Shown here in pieces: positions 52,586 through 62,149 of a stretch of DNA of 64,000 nt; within the stretch, counting starts at the first letter, position 1, and each line of letters begins with the position of its first letter. The notes under the pieces were generated by a model that was not told the origin of the DNA, did not search any database, and worked only from the letters and a program-made list of their open reading frames with translations. The translations under genes were made by a program, and so were the position numbers. Source of the stretch: an uncultured delta proteobacterium (lineage in GTDB: Bacteria; Desulfobacterota; Binatia; DP-6); the NCBI GenBank assembly GCA_963815115.1, contig CAWFFN010000012.1, positions 384,001-448,000 of the forward strand, in the 5' to 3' direction.

Positions 52586-55500
52586 ATGGGGAGCGGAGGT
52601 GCCGCGGTACCGTTCTCGCCGCTGATTCGCCGCTGGTTCGAAGCGCGCTTCGGTACGCCCACCCCGGCGCAGGAGGCCGCATGGCCCGCGATCGCCGCCG
52701 GGGGAGATACGCTGATCGCCGCTCCGACCGGGTCCGGCAAGACGCTGGCGGCGTTTCTGTGGTCGCTCGACCGCCTGCTGCGCGCCGAGGCGCTCGACGA
52801 CCACACGCACGTCGTCTACGTCTCGCCCCTGAAGGCCCTCGGCAACGACGTCCACAAGAACCTGCAGCAGCCGCTCGAGGAGCTGCGGGCGCTCGCGGTC
52901 TCGCAGGGCGAGGCGCTGCCCGACGTTCGCGTCATGGTGCGGTCGGGCGACACGCCTGCGCACGAGCGCCAGGCGATGACGCGGCGGCCGCCCCACGTCC
53001 TCATCACGACGCCCGAGTCGCTCTACATCCTGCTCACCGCCGAGAAGAGCAGGCGCTTCCTCGCCGGCGCCGGGACGGTGATCGTGGACGAGATCCACGC
53101 CGTCGCGCAGGACAAGCGCGGCGCGCACCTGGCGCTGTCGCTGGAGCGCCTGGCGGCGCTCGCGGACCGCCCGCTCCAGCGCATCGGGCTGTCGGCCACG
53201 CAGCAGCCCATCGAGGAGGTCGGACGGTTCCTCGCCGGCGCGGGACGGCCGCCGCCGACGATCGTGGACGTCGGCCATCGGCGCGCGCTCGATCTCTCCA
53301 TCTGGCTTCCCGACCTGCCGCTCGGTCCGATCGCCACCCACGAGCAGTGGGCCGAGCTCTACGAGCACGTCGCCGGCCTCACCGCCACGCACCGCACGAC
53401 CATCGTGTTCGTCAACACGCGCCGGCTGGTGGAGCGGGTAGCGCACGCCGTCCAGGAGCGGCTCGGAGCGGGCCGGGTGGTGGCGCATCACGGCAGCATG
53501 GCGCGCCGGGCGCGCCTCGATGCGGAGGAGCGCCTCAAGGCGGGCCAGGTCCCGCTCGTGGTGGCGACGGGATCGCTCGAGCTCGGCATCGACGTCGGCG
53601 CGGTGGATCTCGTGTGCCACGTCGGTGCGCCGCGCGCCCTCGCCACGCTGATCCAGCGTGTCGGCCGCTCCGGGCACGCGCGCGCCGCCGTCCCGAAGGG
53701 CATCATCTTCCCGCTCACGCGCGACGAGCTGGTCCAGGCGGCGGCCGCCGTGCGCGCCGTGCGCGCGGGGGAGCTCGACGCGCTCGCGGTGCCCGCCGGC
53801 CCGCGCGACGTCCTCGCGCAGCAGTGCGTGGCGATCGCCGCGGGCGCGGAGATCGGGCAGGAGGAGCTGTTCGCGCTCGTCCGTCGAGCCCATCCCTATC
53901 GCGACCTCGCACGGGACGACTTCGAGGCGGTGCTCGAGCTCCTCGCCGAGGGCGTCGCCACGCGGCGTGGACGGCGTTCCGCACAGCTGCACTGGGACCG
54001 CGTGCAGGGCCGCATCCGCGCGCGGCGCGGCGCGCGGCTCGCCGCCATCACGAGCGGCGGCGCCATCCCCGACACCGCCGACTACCAGGTCGTCGAGGAG
54101 CCGCACGGGCTCCTGGTGGGCACCGTCAACGAGGACTTCGCCGTCGAGAGCATGCGCGGCGACATCTTCCTGCTCGGCAACCGCTCCTGGCGCATTCGCC
54201 GGGTGGAGGCGGGCCGCGTGCGGGTGGAGGATGCGCAAGGCGCGCCGCCGACCGTGCCCTTCTGGCTCGGGGAGGCACCGGCGCGCACCCGCGAGCTGTC
54301 CGAGGCGGTGTCGCGGCTGCGCGAGGAGGTCGCGGCCCAGGGCTCGGCGGCGCTACCGTGGCTGGACGGCGAGTGCGGGCTGCCACCCGAGGGAGGGACG
54401 CAGCTCGTCGGCTACCTCGGCGACGCGCAGGCGGCGCTCGGCGTGATGCCGGGGTCGCAGACGATCGTGGCCGAGCGCTTCTTCGACGAGGCTGGCGGCA
54501 TGCAGCTCGTCGTGCACGCGCCGTTCGGCGGCCGCATCACTCGCGCCCTCGGCCTCGCCCTGCGCAAGCGCTTCTGCGTCAGCTTCGACTTCGAGCTGCA
54601 GGCCGCCGCGACCGACGACGGCGTCGTGCTCTCGCTCGGCGCCCAGCACAGCTTCCCGCTGGAGACCGTGTTCACGATGGTGCGGCGCGAGACGCTCGCC
54701 GACGACCTCGCGCAGGCGGCGCTGGCCGCGCCCATGTTCAACAACCGGTGGCGCTGGAACGCGAGCCGCGCCCTCGCCGTGCTCCGCTTCGAGGGCGGCC
54801 GCAAGGTCCCGATGCCGCTCCAGCGCATGCGCGCCGAGGATCTGCTGGCGGCGGTCTTCCCGGAGCAGCTCGGCTGCGCGGAGAACATGCCCGGCGGTCC
54901 GATCCCGATTCCCGACCATCCCCTGGTCACGGAGACGATCGACAACTGCCTGCACGAAGCGATGGACGTGGACGGGCTGGATGCGGTGCTCGCCGGCATG
55001 GCTGACGGGACCATCCGCACGCTCGCGGTCGACACGGTGGCGCCGTCGCCCCTGTCGCACGAGATCCTGCACTCCAATCCGTACACGTACCTGGACGACG
55101 CGCCGCTGGAAGAGCGGCGCGCCCGGGCCGTGACCCTGCGACAGGCGATGCCCGAGCTCGGCGGGGGGCTGGGCGCGCTCGATCCGGCGGCGATTGCCGA
55201 GGTGGCGCGCCAGGCATGGCCGGTCGTGCGCGACGCCGACGAGCTGCACGACGTCCTGCTCTCGGTCGGCGTCGTGCCGCGCGCGCTCCTCGAGGCGTCC
55301 GGGTGGGCGGCGTGGGCCGACGAGCTGGTGCAGGCGGGTCGCGCGACCTGGGCGGACGCGCTGCTCGTCGCGGCGGAGCGCGCGGCCCTGGTACGCCTCG
55401 TCCTGCCCGAGGTCAGCTTCGCGCCGCCCGTGCAGGGAGCGCTCTTCGGGCGGCGCACCCCCGCGGAGACGGAGGAGGACGCGCTGCGCGCCATCGCCGG

Positions 55501-56755
55501 CGGCTGGCTCGAGTGCCTGGGTCCGACGACCACGGCCGAGCTGGCGGAGCGCATCGGCCTGCCGGTGTCGCGGGTGGCGATCGGCCTCGCGCGCTGCGAG
55601 CAGTCGGGCACCGCCCTGCGTGGACGCTACCGGCCGGGGTCGCGGGACGAGGAGTGGTGCGATCGGGCACTGCTGGCCCGCATTCACCGCTTGACCCTCG
55701 GTCGCCTGCGGCGTGCCATCGAGCCGGTCAGCGCGGCGGATCTCATGCGCTTCTTCTTCCGCTGGCAGCACGTGCAGGCGGGGACACGGCTGCACGGCCG
55801 CCACGGCCTCCTCGCGGTGCTCGGCCAGCTCGAAGGGCTCGAGCTTCCGGCGCGGGCGTGGGAATCGCAGGTGCTGCCCGCGCGCGTGAGCGGCTACCGT
55901 CCAGACGATCTGGAGGACCTGTGCCTCGGCGGCGTCATGGCCTGGGGCCGCCTGCGCGCCGCGCCGCCGCCCGCGGATCCCAAGCTGCGCGCGCCCGGAC
56001 GGGCCGCACCGCTCGCCTTCGCGCTGCGTGACGACCTGCCCTGGCTGCTCGCGCCGTCCGGCGAGCCGCCGTCGCTTCCACCCGAGGCGCAGGCGGTGCA
56101 CGAGGTTCTCGAGCGCAGGGGCGCGTCGTTCACCGCCGACATCGCCCGCGCGACGGGTCTCGCGGCGGCGGCCGTGGACGGCGCGCTGTGGACGCTCGTG
56201 GCGCATGGCCTGGTCACCGGCGACGGCGTCGCCGGGCTGAGGCTGCTGATCGACCCGGCCGACGAGGGCCTGCGCATGCTGGGCGGCCGGAGTCGCCGGC
56301 CGCTCGTGCCCGCGGGACGCTGGTCGCTGCTGCGCGATTCGGTCGAGGACGCGCCCGCACCCGATGCCGAGCGCTTCGCGCGACTCTGGCTGCGGCGCTG
56401 GGGTGTCGTGCTGCGCGAGCTGCTGGCGCGTGAGACCTGCTTTCCGCCGTGGCGCGAGCTGCTGCGCGCGCTCCGCCGTCTGGAGGCGCGCGGCGAGGTG
56501 CGCGGCGGGCGTTTCGTCGCCGGTCTGGTGGGCGAGCAGTTCGCCCTGCCCGAGGCGGTCGAGGCGCTGCGCGCCGTGCGCCGGCGCTCGGGCGGCCCGG
56601 AGACGGTGCAGGTGGCGGCTGCCGATCCGCTCAACCTGGTCGGCATCGTCGTCCCCGGCGCACGGGTGCCGCCCGCCACCCACGAGATGATCACGTACCG
56701 CGACGGGGAAGCGGTTGACGTCGGCGACGCCGACGCCGCGCGCGGCGTGGCGTGA
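52586..56755 (+). CDS. lhr: Large Lhr-family SF2 helicase
   Basis: Motifs APTGSGKT, SPLKALGND, TTPESL, VDEIH, GLSAT, SLELGIDVG, QRVGRSGH. C-terminal EARGEVRGGRFV.G..GEQFA. Confidence 0.93.
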   Translation: MGSGGAAVPFSPLIRRWFEARFGTPTPAQEAAWPAIAAGGDTLIAAPTGSGKTLAAFLWSLDRLLRAEALDDHTHVVYVSPLKALGNDVHKNLQQPLEELRALAVSQGEALPDVRVMVRSGDTPAHERQAMTRRPPHVLITTPESLYILLTAEKSRRFLAGAGTVIVDEIHAVAQDKRGAHLALSLERLAALADRPLQRIGLSATQQPIEEVGRFLAGAGRPPPTIVDVGHRRALDLSIWLPDLPLGPIATHEQWAELYEHVAGLTATHRTTIVFVNTRRLVERVAHAVQERLGAGRVVAHHGSMARRARLDAEERLKAGQVPLVVATGSLELGIDVGAVDLVCHVGAPRALATLIQRVGRSGHARAAVPKGIIFPLTRDELVQAAAAVRAVRAGELDALAVPAGPRDVLAQQCVAIAAGAEIGQEELFALVRRAHPYRDLARDDFEAVLELLAEGVATRRGRRSAQLHWDRVQGRIRARRGARLAAITSGGAIPDTADYQVVEEPHGLLVGTVNEDFAVESMRGDIFLLGNRSWRIRRVEAGRVRVEDAQGAPPTVPFWLGEAPARTRELSEAVSRLREEVAAQGSAALPWLDGECGLPPEGGTQLVGYLGDAQAALGVMPGSQTIVAERFFDEAGGMQLVVHAPFGGRITRALGLALRKRFCVSFDFELQAAATDDGVVLSLGAQHSFPLETVFTMVRRETLADDLAQAALAAPMFNNRWRWNASRALAVLRFEGGRKVPMPLQRMRAEDLLAAVFPEQLGCAENMPGGPIPIPDHPLVTETIDNCLHEAMDVDGLDAVLAGMADGTIRTLAVDTVAPSPLSHEILHSNPYTYLDDAPLEERRARAVTLRQAMPELGGGLGALDPAAIAEVARQAWPVVRDADELHDVLLSVGVVPRALLEASGWAAWADELVQAGRATWADALLVAAERAALVRLVLPEVSFAPPVQGALFGRRTPAETEEDALRAIAGGWLECLGPTTTAELAERIGLPVSRVAIGLARCEQSGTALRGRYRPGSRDEEWCDRALLARIHRLTLGRLRRAIEPVSAADLMRFFFRWQHVQAGTRLHGRHGLLAVLGQLEGLELPARAWESQVLPARVSGYRPDDLEDLCLGGVMAWGRLRAAPPPADPKLRAPGRAAPLAFALRDDLPWLLAPSGEPPSLPPEAQAVHEVLERRGASFTADIARATGLAAAAVDGALWTLVAHGLVTGDGVAGLRLLIDPADEGLRMLGGRSRRPLVPAGRWSLLRDSVEDAPAPDAERFARLWLRRWGVVLRELLARETCFPPWRELLRALRRLEARGEVRGGRFVAGLVGEQFALPEAVEALRAVRRRSGGPETVQVAAADPLNLVGIVVPGARVPPATHEMITYRDGEAVDVGDADAARGVA

Positions 56756-56758
56756 CGC

Positions 56759-58384
56759 TCAGCTCTCCGCCGGCTGGGCGGCGATCAGGTGGGTCACCGC
56801 TGGCGCGTCGGGTCCGACGTGGAAGCTGCGCACGATCGCCTGCACCTCGCGGTCCGACATCGTCACGCGCTCGTGCTGGCGGAGGTGCTCCGCCCACGAC
56901 TCGACGGTGAAGGTCTCCAGGAACCGAGCCGGCTCGGTGGCGTCCTGGAAGATGCCCCACAGCCGCGCGCCGTCGCGCCGGCGTACGCGGCCCAGGTGGC
57001 GCATCGCCGCGACGAACTCGTCCGCTCGCGCCGGATCGATGCGGTAGTCGATGGTCACGAGGACCGGACCGCCGTCGGCCGCTACCTCCTGCGCGAGCAG
57101 GGGTGCGGGGACGGGTGGGGCGGGCGTCAGGTCGAGCCCCTCGGTCGCTCCGAGCTGGAAGCGCCAGACCAGGAGCAGCCCCGCGATCATGCCTCCCGCG
57201 GAGACGAGAAGGGCGATGGGCAGGCTGGTGTGGAGCGCCACCGACCCCCACAGAATGGCGCCCGCCGCCATGCTGCCCTGGATCACGAGGAGGCTCACGG
57301 CCAGCGCCCGCGCGCGCACCCAGCCCGACACGGACGTCTGCACCGCGGTGTTGATGCTCGACATGACGGCCATCCAGGCCGCGCCGCCGACGATCAGCAC
57401 GAGCCCGGCGACGGTCGGCTCGCGCACGACGGCGAGCGTGGCGCTGGCGAGCGCGAAGCTCGCGGTTGCGGCCCCGATCACTCCGTCGATCGCGAGGCGC
57501 CGCCGGAGATGGGGAAGGGCGGCGCCGCCGAGCACGGCGCCGAGCCCGAGGCAGCCGAGCAGCAGCCCGTAGCCGACGGCGTCGAGTCCGAGGAGCCCGC
57601 GCGCGACCAGGGGCAGCAGGGACCAGACGGCGCTGGCGAAGACCACGAACGAAGCGCTGCGCGCCAGCACGGTGCGCAGCGGTAGCGAGTGGCGCACGTA
57701 GCGCGCGCCGGCCCGAATCGCCCCGAGCACGTCCTCGGGCGGCGCCGAGAGCTGCGGCGCGGTACGCCGCCACCGCGCCAGCACCAGCAGCACCGCGAGG
57801 AACGAAGCGGCGTTCAGTAGGAAGACGGCTCCCGACCCCACGGCGGCGACGGCGAGGCCTCCCAGCGCGGGGCCGACTGCGCGCGCGATGTTGAAGGCGA
57901 CCCCGCCGAGGGTGATGGCCGCGGGCAGATCGGTGCGCGAGACGAGCTCGGGGGTGATGGCCTGCCAGGCAGGGCCGGTCATCGCCGCGCCGATGCCGAG
58001 CGCGAAGGTGAGTCCGAGCAGGATCCGGGGAGTGACGACTCCCGCGAGCGTCAGGAGGCCGAGTGCCGCGGCGGCGACCATCATCCAGGTCTGGGTCCAG
58101 AGGAGCAGCCGGCGGCGGTCGACGATGTCGGCGAGGGCGCCGGCGGGAAAGGCCAGCAGGAAGAACGGCAGGCTCGCTGCCGTCTGCATCAGCGCGACGA
58201 GCAGCGGCGACGGCGCGAGCTTGGTCATCATCCAGGCGCCGGCCGCCTCGTGCATCCAGGTGCCGAGGTTGGACACCAGGGCCGCCAGCCAGAGGGATCG
58301 ATAGAGCGGCTGACGAAGGGGGTTCCATGCGCCCGCGTCGCCGCCGTCGCGCGCCGGGCGGCCGCTGCCGGGGGGCGGGGTCAC
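56759..58384 (-). CDS. MFS transporter (DUF894/MFS_3 type) with soluble C-terminal domain
   Basis: Motifs LW.A.LVSNLGTWM, AGALAD.VDRRR, NIARAVGPALGG, C-terminal RRRDGA..W and SWAEHLRQHER. Start inferred. Confidence 0.9.
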   Translation of the reverse strand: MTPPPGSGRPARDGGDAGAWNPLRQPLYRSLWLAALVSNLGTWMHEAAGAWMMTKLAPSPLLVALMQTAASLPFFLLAFPAGALADIVDRRRLLLWTQTWMMVAAAALGLLTLAGVVTPRILLGLTFALGIGAAMTGPAWQAITPELVSRTDLPAAITLGGVAFNIARAVGPALGGLAVAAVGSGAVFLLNAASFLAVLLVLARWRRTAPQLSAPPEDVLGAIRAGARYVRHSLPLRTVLARSASFVVFASAVWSLLPLVARGLLGLDAVGYGLLLGCLGLGAVLGGAALPHLRRRLAIDGVIGAATASFALASATLAVVREPTVAGLVLIVGGAAWMAVMSSINTAVQTSVSGWVRARALAVSLLVIQGSMAAGAILWGSVALHTSLPIALLVSAGGMIAGLLLVWRFQLGATEGLDLTPAPPVPAPLLAQEVAADGGPVLVTIDYRIDPARADEFVAAMRHLGRVRRRDGARLWGIFQDATEPARFLETFTVESWAEHLRQHERVTMSDREVQAIVRSFHVGPDAPAVTHLIAAQPAES

Positions 58385-58397
58385 GGACCCGGTTGGC

Positions 58398-59348
58398 TCA
58401 GTGGGCGCGGATCGCGCGGCGCAGCTGGCCCGGCGGCGCGCCGGTGAGACGGCGGAAGTGACGGGTGAAGTGGCTCTGATCGGAGAAGCCGACGTGCTGG
58501 GCGACCTCGGCGAGCGAGAGATCGCCCCGCAGCAGCATCGACCGCGCCACCTCGACACGCCGGTGTACCAGGTACTGGTGCGGCGTCAGGCCGCTCGACT
58601 CGCGGAAGAGCCGCAGGAAGTGGAACGGGCTCATCTTGGCCAGGTCGGCAAGCTCGGTGAGATGGACGTTCCGGCCCAGGTGGCCGTTCAGGTAGTCGAG
58701 CACGGGGCGCAGCTTGGCACGCGACAGCCCGCCGCGGTACGAGCGCAGCCGCAACGGCGTCGTGCCGTGGCGGCGCAGCATGTGGACCGCGAGCTGCACG
58801 CTGAGCGTATCGACGTAGAGACGGTCCTCGGCATCCGGACTCACCAGCTGATCGCGCAGGCTGAGCGCGAGCGACGCGAGGTCCGGGTCGAGCGCGAGGA
58901 AGCGGTACGCGATCTCCAGCCGCTCCGGCTCGAAGCCGTCGTCGCGCACGGCTTGAACCAGCGCCTCGCGATCGAGGTAGAGTGCGAGGAAGGCGATGCT
59001 GCCGTCCCAGCTGCACCAGTGGGAGTGTCCCGGAGGCACGATGAAGACGCCGCCGGGAGCGCCGTGTCCCCTGCACTCCCGCCCGCCGTCGAGCCGCCCG
59101 GTGATGGTGCGTGCCGGCTCGAGCAGGAGCGAGAGCATCAGCTGAGGAAGGCACATCTGACCTTCGCCCGGCGGCATGCGGTGAAACTCGACGAGGACGC
59201 GCTCCCATCCCGCCCGCTCGGCACTCGAAGCGAGCGGGGTCGACAAGGCGCCGATGGGAGACCGTACCGCGCCTGCGCCGGGGCCGGTCCCACGATCTCC
59301 GGGGGAGCCGTCGCACCCCGCGGCGACGTGCCGCTCGCGCCGGGCCAT
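58398..59348 (-). CDS. AraC-family transcriptional regulator
   Basis: Motifs LA.LAKMSPFHFLRLFRES.G.TPHQY and EVAQHVGFSDQSHFTRHFRR..G..P. Start uncertain. Confidence 0.93.
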   Translation of the reverse strand: MARRERHVAAGCDGSPGDRGTGPGAGAVRSPIGALSTPLASSAERAGWERVLVEFHRMPPGEGQMCLPQLMLSLLLEPARTITGRLDGGRECRGHGAPGGVFIVPPGHSHWCSWDGSIAFLALYLDREALVQAVRDDGFEPERLEIAYRFLALDPDLASLALSLRDQLVSPDAEDRLYVDTLSVQLAVHMLRRHGTTPLRLRSYRGGLSRAKLRPVLDYLNGHLGRNVHLTELADLAKMSPFHFLRLFRESSGLTPHQYLVHRRVEVARSMLLRGDLSLAEVAQHVGFSDQSHFTRHFRRLTGAPPGQLRRAIRAH

Positions 59349-59409
59349 CAAGAAGGCTCTTAGGACGGTGACGGACCCGGAGCAACCGTGCCGTTCACCC
59401 TCCGTCCGG

Positions 59410-61266
59410 TCAGACCGCGGTCTCGTCGAGGTAGCACCAGCGCCACGTCTCCCCGGGCTCCAGCGACCGCACGATCGGGTGCTGCGTCGCCCAGAAATGT
59501 GCGGTCGCATGGCGGTTCTTCGAGGAATCGCAGCAGCCGACGAAGCCGCAGGACAGGCAGACCCGGAGATGGACCCAGCGGGTCCCGAGCCGCAGGCATT
59601 CCTCGCAGCCGGCAGAGCGGGGCGCGATCGCACTCACCAGCTCGACGTGCGGGCATGCCACCACGACGGCGGTGTCGGCGGCTACGAGCCGGGCCGGCGC
59701 GGCCTCGATGGTGGCGGCCGCCGCGACGCCGCCGCCGATCGCGAGCAGGGCGGCCAGGACCGCGACGTAGCGGAAGCTCCCGACCAGCGCTCCGGCGACG
59801 GCTTCCTCGAGCGCGCGGGCCTGCGCCGGGCTCGCGCCAGCGGGGATGGACACGTCGCCGAGGCTTCCGGTCTGCGCCACCATGACGGACCGAACCGCCG
59901 GCGGGAGGTCGAGAGCGTCGACGCGGCTCGAGAGCGCGCGCGCAAAGACGCCGAGCGCGATGACGCCGACGATGGCGACGGCCAGGAGCGCCGCGACGCG
60001 GGCGACCGCGTTGTTCACCCCCGAGGCCACCCCGACCCGCGTCTCGTCGACCGCGGCCATCACCGTGCTGGTGAGCGGCGCGACGGTCACTGCCATTCCG
60101 ATTCCCACGACCACCATCGCAGGAAAGAACGTCGTCCAGTACGAGCCGCCGGCTCCCGGCAGCGCGAGGAGCAGAAAACCCGCCGCCGTGATCACCGGAC
60201 CGGCCACCAGCGGGAGTCGCGCGCCGAAGCGGTCGAGCAGTCCTCCGGCCCAGCGCGACAATACGCCGATGATGAGGGCGAACGGCAGGTAGGCGGCCCC
60301 CGTCATCGTCGCCGAGTAGCCGTGCACGCGAATGAGAACGAACGGCAGGACGAAGAAGATGCCGGTCAGCGCGAAGTAGACGAGGAACGTCAGCAGATTC
60401 GCACCGAGGAAGGTCGGGGAGCGGAAGAGGTCCGGGGGCATCATCGGGGACCGTATGCGCGCCTCGAGCAGGACGAACGCGACGAGGAGCGCGACGCCCG
60501 CGACCAGGGGAAGGAGCACGCTCGGCTGCGCGACTCCTCCGCTCGTGCCGCTGATGATGCCGAAGACGACGGTGGTGAGGCCCGCCGTGGCGAGACCGGC
60601 GCCCCACCAGTCGATGGAGGGAAGGCTGCCGCGGCCGATGCGCACGTCGGGCACGCGAGCGACCGCGATCGCCAGCGTGACGAGCGCGAGCGGGACCAGC
60701 AGGAAGAACGCCGCTCGCCAGGAGGCGGCGTCGACCAGCGCGCCGCCGAGGATCGGACCTCCCGCACCGGTGAGCGCCGTGAAGGCGGACCACGTACCGA
60801 TGGCTCGCCCGCGGGTGGCCTTCGGAAACGCGGCGCTCAGGAGGGCGAGGCTGTTGGGCACCAGCAGCGCACCCCCGAGTCCCTGTACGGCACGGGCGAC
60901 GATGAGCTGGGTGCCGTTCGAGGTCACGCCGGCCCCGGCCGACGCCGCCGCGAGGATCGCGAGTCCGAGGACGAACAGGCGGCGCCGCCCGAACCGATCG
61001 CCCAGGGAGCCGGACGCGAGCGTCAGGGCGGCGAGGAGCAGCGTGTAGACGCTGGCGATCCACTGCATCTCGCCGACGGTGGCGCCGAGGCCGCGCTGGA
61101 TCGCGGGGAGCGCCACGTTGATGATGGAGCCTTCGAGGAACGCGACGCTGGAACCGAGGATGGTGACCACGAGCACCCAGCCCCGGGCGTGCGCCGCGCA
61201 GCCGGGTGTCTCGGGCGCACCGCGCAGCACCCCGGCATCGCAGGGCGGACGGACGACGGTCAGCAC
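59410..61266 (-). CDS. DHA2-type MFS transporter fused to a C-terminal UBP-type zinc finger
   Basis: Motifs INVALPAIQ, GSLGDRFGRRR, GVASGVNNAVAR. C-terminus C.H...CEEC....WVHLR.CL.CG.VGCCDSS.NRHAT.H....HP...WCY.D. Confidence 0.9.
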   Translation of the reverse strand: MLTVVRPPCDAGVLRGAPETPGCAAHARGWVLVVTILGSSVAFLEGSIINVALPAIQRGLGATVGEMQWIASVYTLLLAALTLASGSLGDRFGRRRLFVLGLAILAAASAGAGVTSNGTQLIVARAVQGLGGALLVPNSLALLSAAFPKATRGRAIGTWSAFTALTGAGGPILGGALVDAASWRAAFFLLVPLALVTLAIAVARVPDVRIGRGSLPSIDWWGAGLATAGLTTVVFGIISGTSGGVAQPSVLLPLVAGVALLVAFVLLEARIRSPMMPPDLFRSPTFLGANLLTFLVYFALTGIFFVLPFVLIRVHGYSATMTGAAYLPFALIIGVLSRWAGGLLDRFGARLPLVAGPVITAAGFLLLALPGAGGSYWTTFFPAMVVVGIGMAVTVAPLTSTVMAAVDETRVGVASGVNNAVARVAALLAVAIVGVIALGVFARALSSRVDALDLPPAVRSVMVAQTGSLGDVSIPAGASPAQARALEEAVAGALVGSFRYVAVLAALLAIGGGVAAAATIEAAPARLVAADTAVVVACPHVELVSAIAPRSAGCEECLRLGTRWVHLRVCLSCGFVGCCDSSKNRHATAHFWATQHPIVRSLEPGETWRWCYLDETAV

Positions 61267-61270
61267 GGTG

Positions 61271-61924
61271 TCACAGCCCCACGATGCGGATCGAGGTCTC
61301 GGTGCGATGCCGGCGGTTGAGGCTCAGGAGGAGCGCCGTCAGGTGGTCCAGGAGCGGCGCGACCGCGAGGCCGCCGGCATCGACCGGGCGAAGGTCGGGC
61401 ATGCGGCGGACGAGATCGGCGACCGTGCTCTTCGCGGGCTCGTCGTCTCCGCACAGCAGCACGTCTCCTTCGAGCCGCCGTGCCACGGCGCGCAGCTTCG
61501 CCGCGCTGATGTGCTTGAAGCCGCTCACCACCCGCGCCGATGGGGCGCGGGTCGCGATGCGCCGTGCGACCAGGCCGTCGGGCGTCTCGATGGCGCGAAG
61601 CCGGCCGTCCACCGAGCGCAGCGCGTTCACCACCTCGACGACGATCTTGCCGTCGAGGCTCGCCGCGCACTCGTCGAGGATGGCGTCGACGCCTGCCAGC
61701 GGCACGGCGACGAAGACGATTCCCGCAGCGGCTGCCGCGTCCGGGTTCGCAGCGCCTCGCAGGCGCGCCCCGGGGACCTCGCCGGCGAGAAGCGCGGCAG
61801 CCTCCGTCGCACGCGCAACCTGTCGGGAACCGACGATCACCTCCTCGCCAGCCGTCGCCAGGCGAGCGGCGAGCCCGAGCCCCTCGGGGCCGGTGCCGCC
61901 CAGCACCGCAATGCCCGCCGTCAC
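61271..61924 (-). CDS. npdG: NADPH-dependent F420 reductase (F420H2:NADP+ oxidoreductase family)
   Basis: Motifs IAVLGGTGPEGLGLA.RLA, VIVGSR...RA, VVSGFKHISA, GDVLLCGDD..AK, and C-terminal SIRIVGL. Confidence 0.85.
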   Translation of the reverse strand: MTAGIAVLGGTGPEGLGLAARLATAGEEVIVGSRQVARATEAAALLAGEVPGARLRGAANPDAAAAAGIVFVAVPLAGVDAILDECAASLDGKIVVEVVNALRSVDGRLRAIETPDGLVARRIATRAPSARVVSGFKHISAAKLRAVARRLEGDVLLCGDDEPAKSTVADLVRRMPDLRPVDAGGLAVAPLLDHLTALLLSLNRRHRTETSIRIVGL

Positions 61925-61968
61925 GGACTCCGGAGGATGCCCCACGGGGAGAGCGAATGCGAGACGTG

Positions 61969-62003
61969 GCAAGAACGTGCAAAGGGAGTGCAAGAACGTG
62001 CAA
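61969..62003. promoter_or_regulatory. Direct repeat with 21-bp period, putative AraC/XylS-type operator
   Basis: GCAAGAACGTGCAA at 61969-61982 and 61990-62003. Confidence 0.6.
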
Positions 62004-62070
62004 GACCTGGTTCGGTCGTGCTGCTAACCGGTCGGATACGCCGCGCGCGGGGAGCGATCCGTCGGCGCAC

Positions 62071-62135
62071 TAAAAAAATAGAGGGCACGGTGAAGCCGGC
62101 GGGCCGCTCCCCCTCGCGGGCCGGCGTCGGGTGCC
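62071..62135 (-). terminator. Long interrupted stem-loop with T7 tract after tonB (terminator or structured RNA)
   Basis: Nested GGCAC/GTGCC, GCCGGC/GCCGGC and CCGC/GCGG pairs, followed by CTCTATTTTTTT on the minus strand. Confidence 0.5.
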
Positions 62136-62149
62136 GGGCTGGGCCCGAT

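Noticed and set aside
52586-56755. Lhr helicase as part of an anti-phage defence island
   Set aside because: It stands alone with host-like composition and no adjacent nuclease, methylase or mobile genes. This fits the ordinary DNA-repair Lhr.
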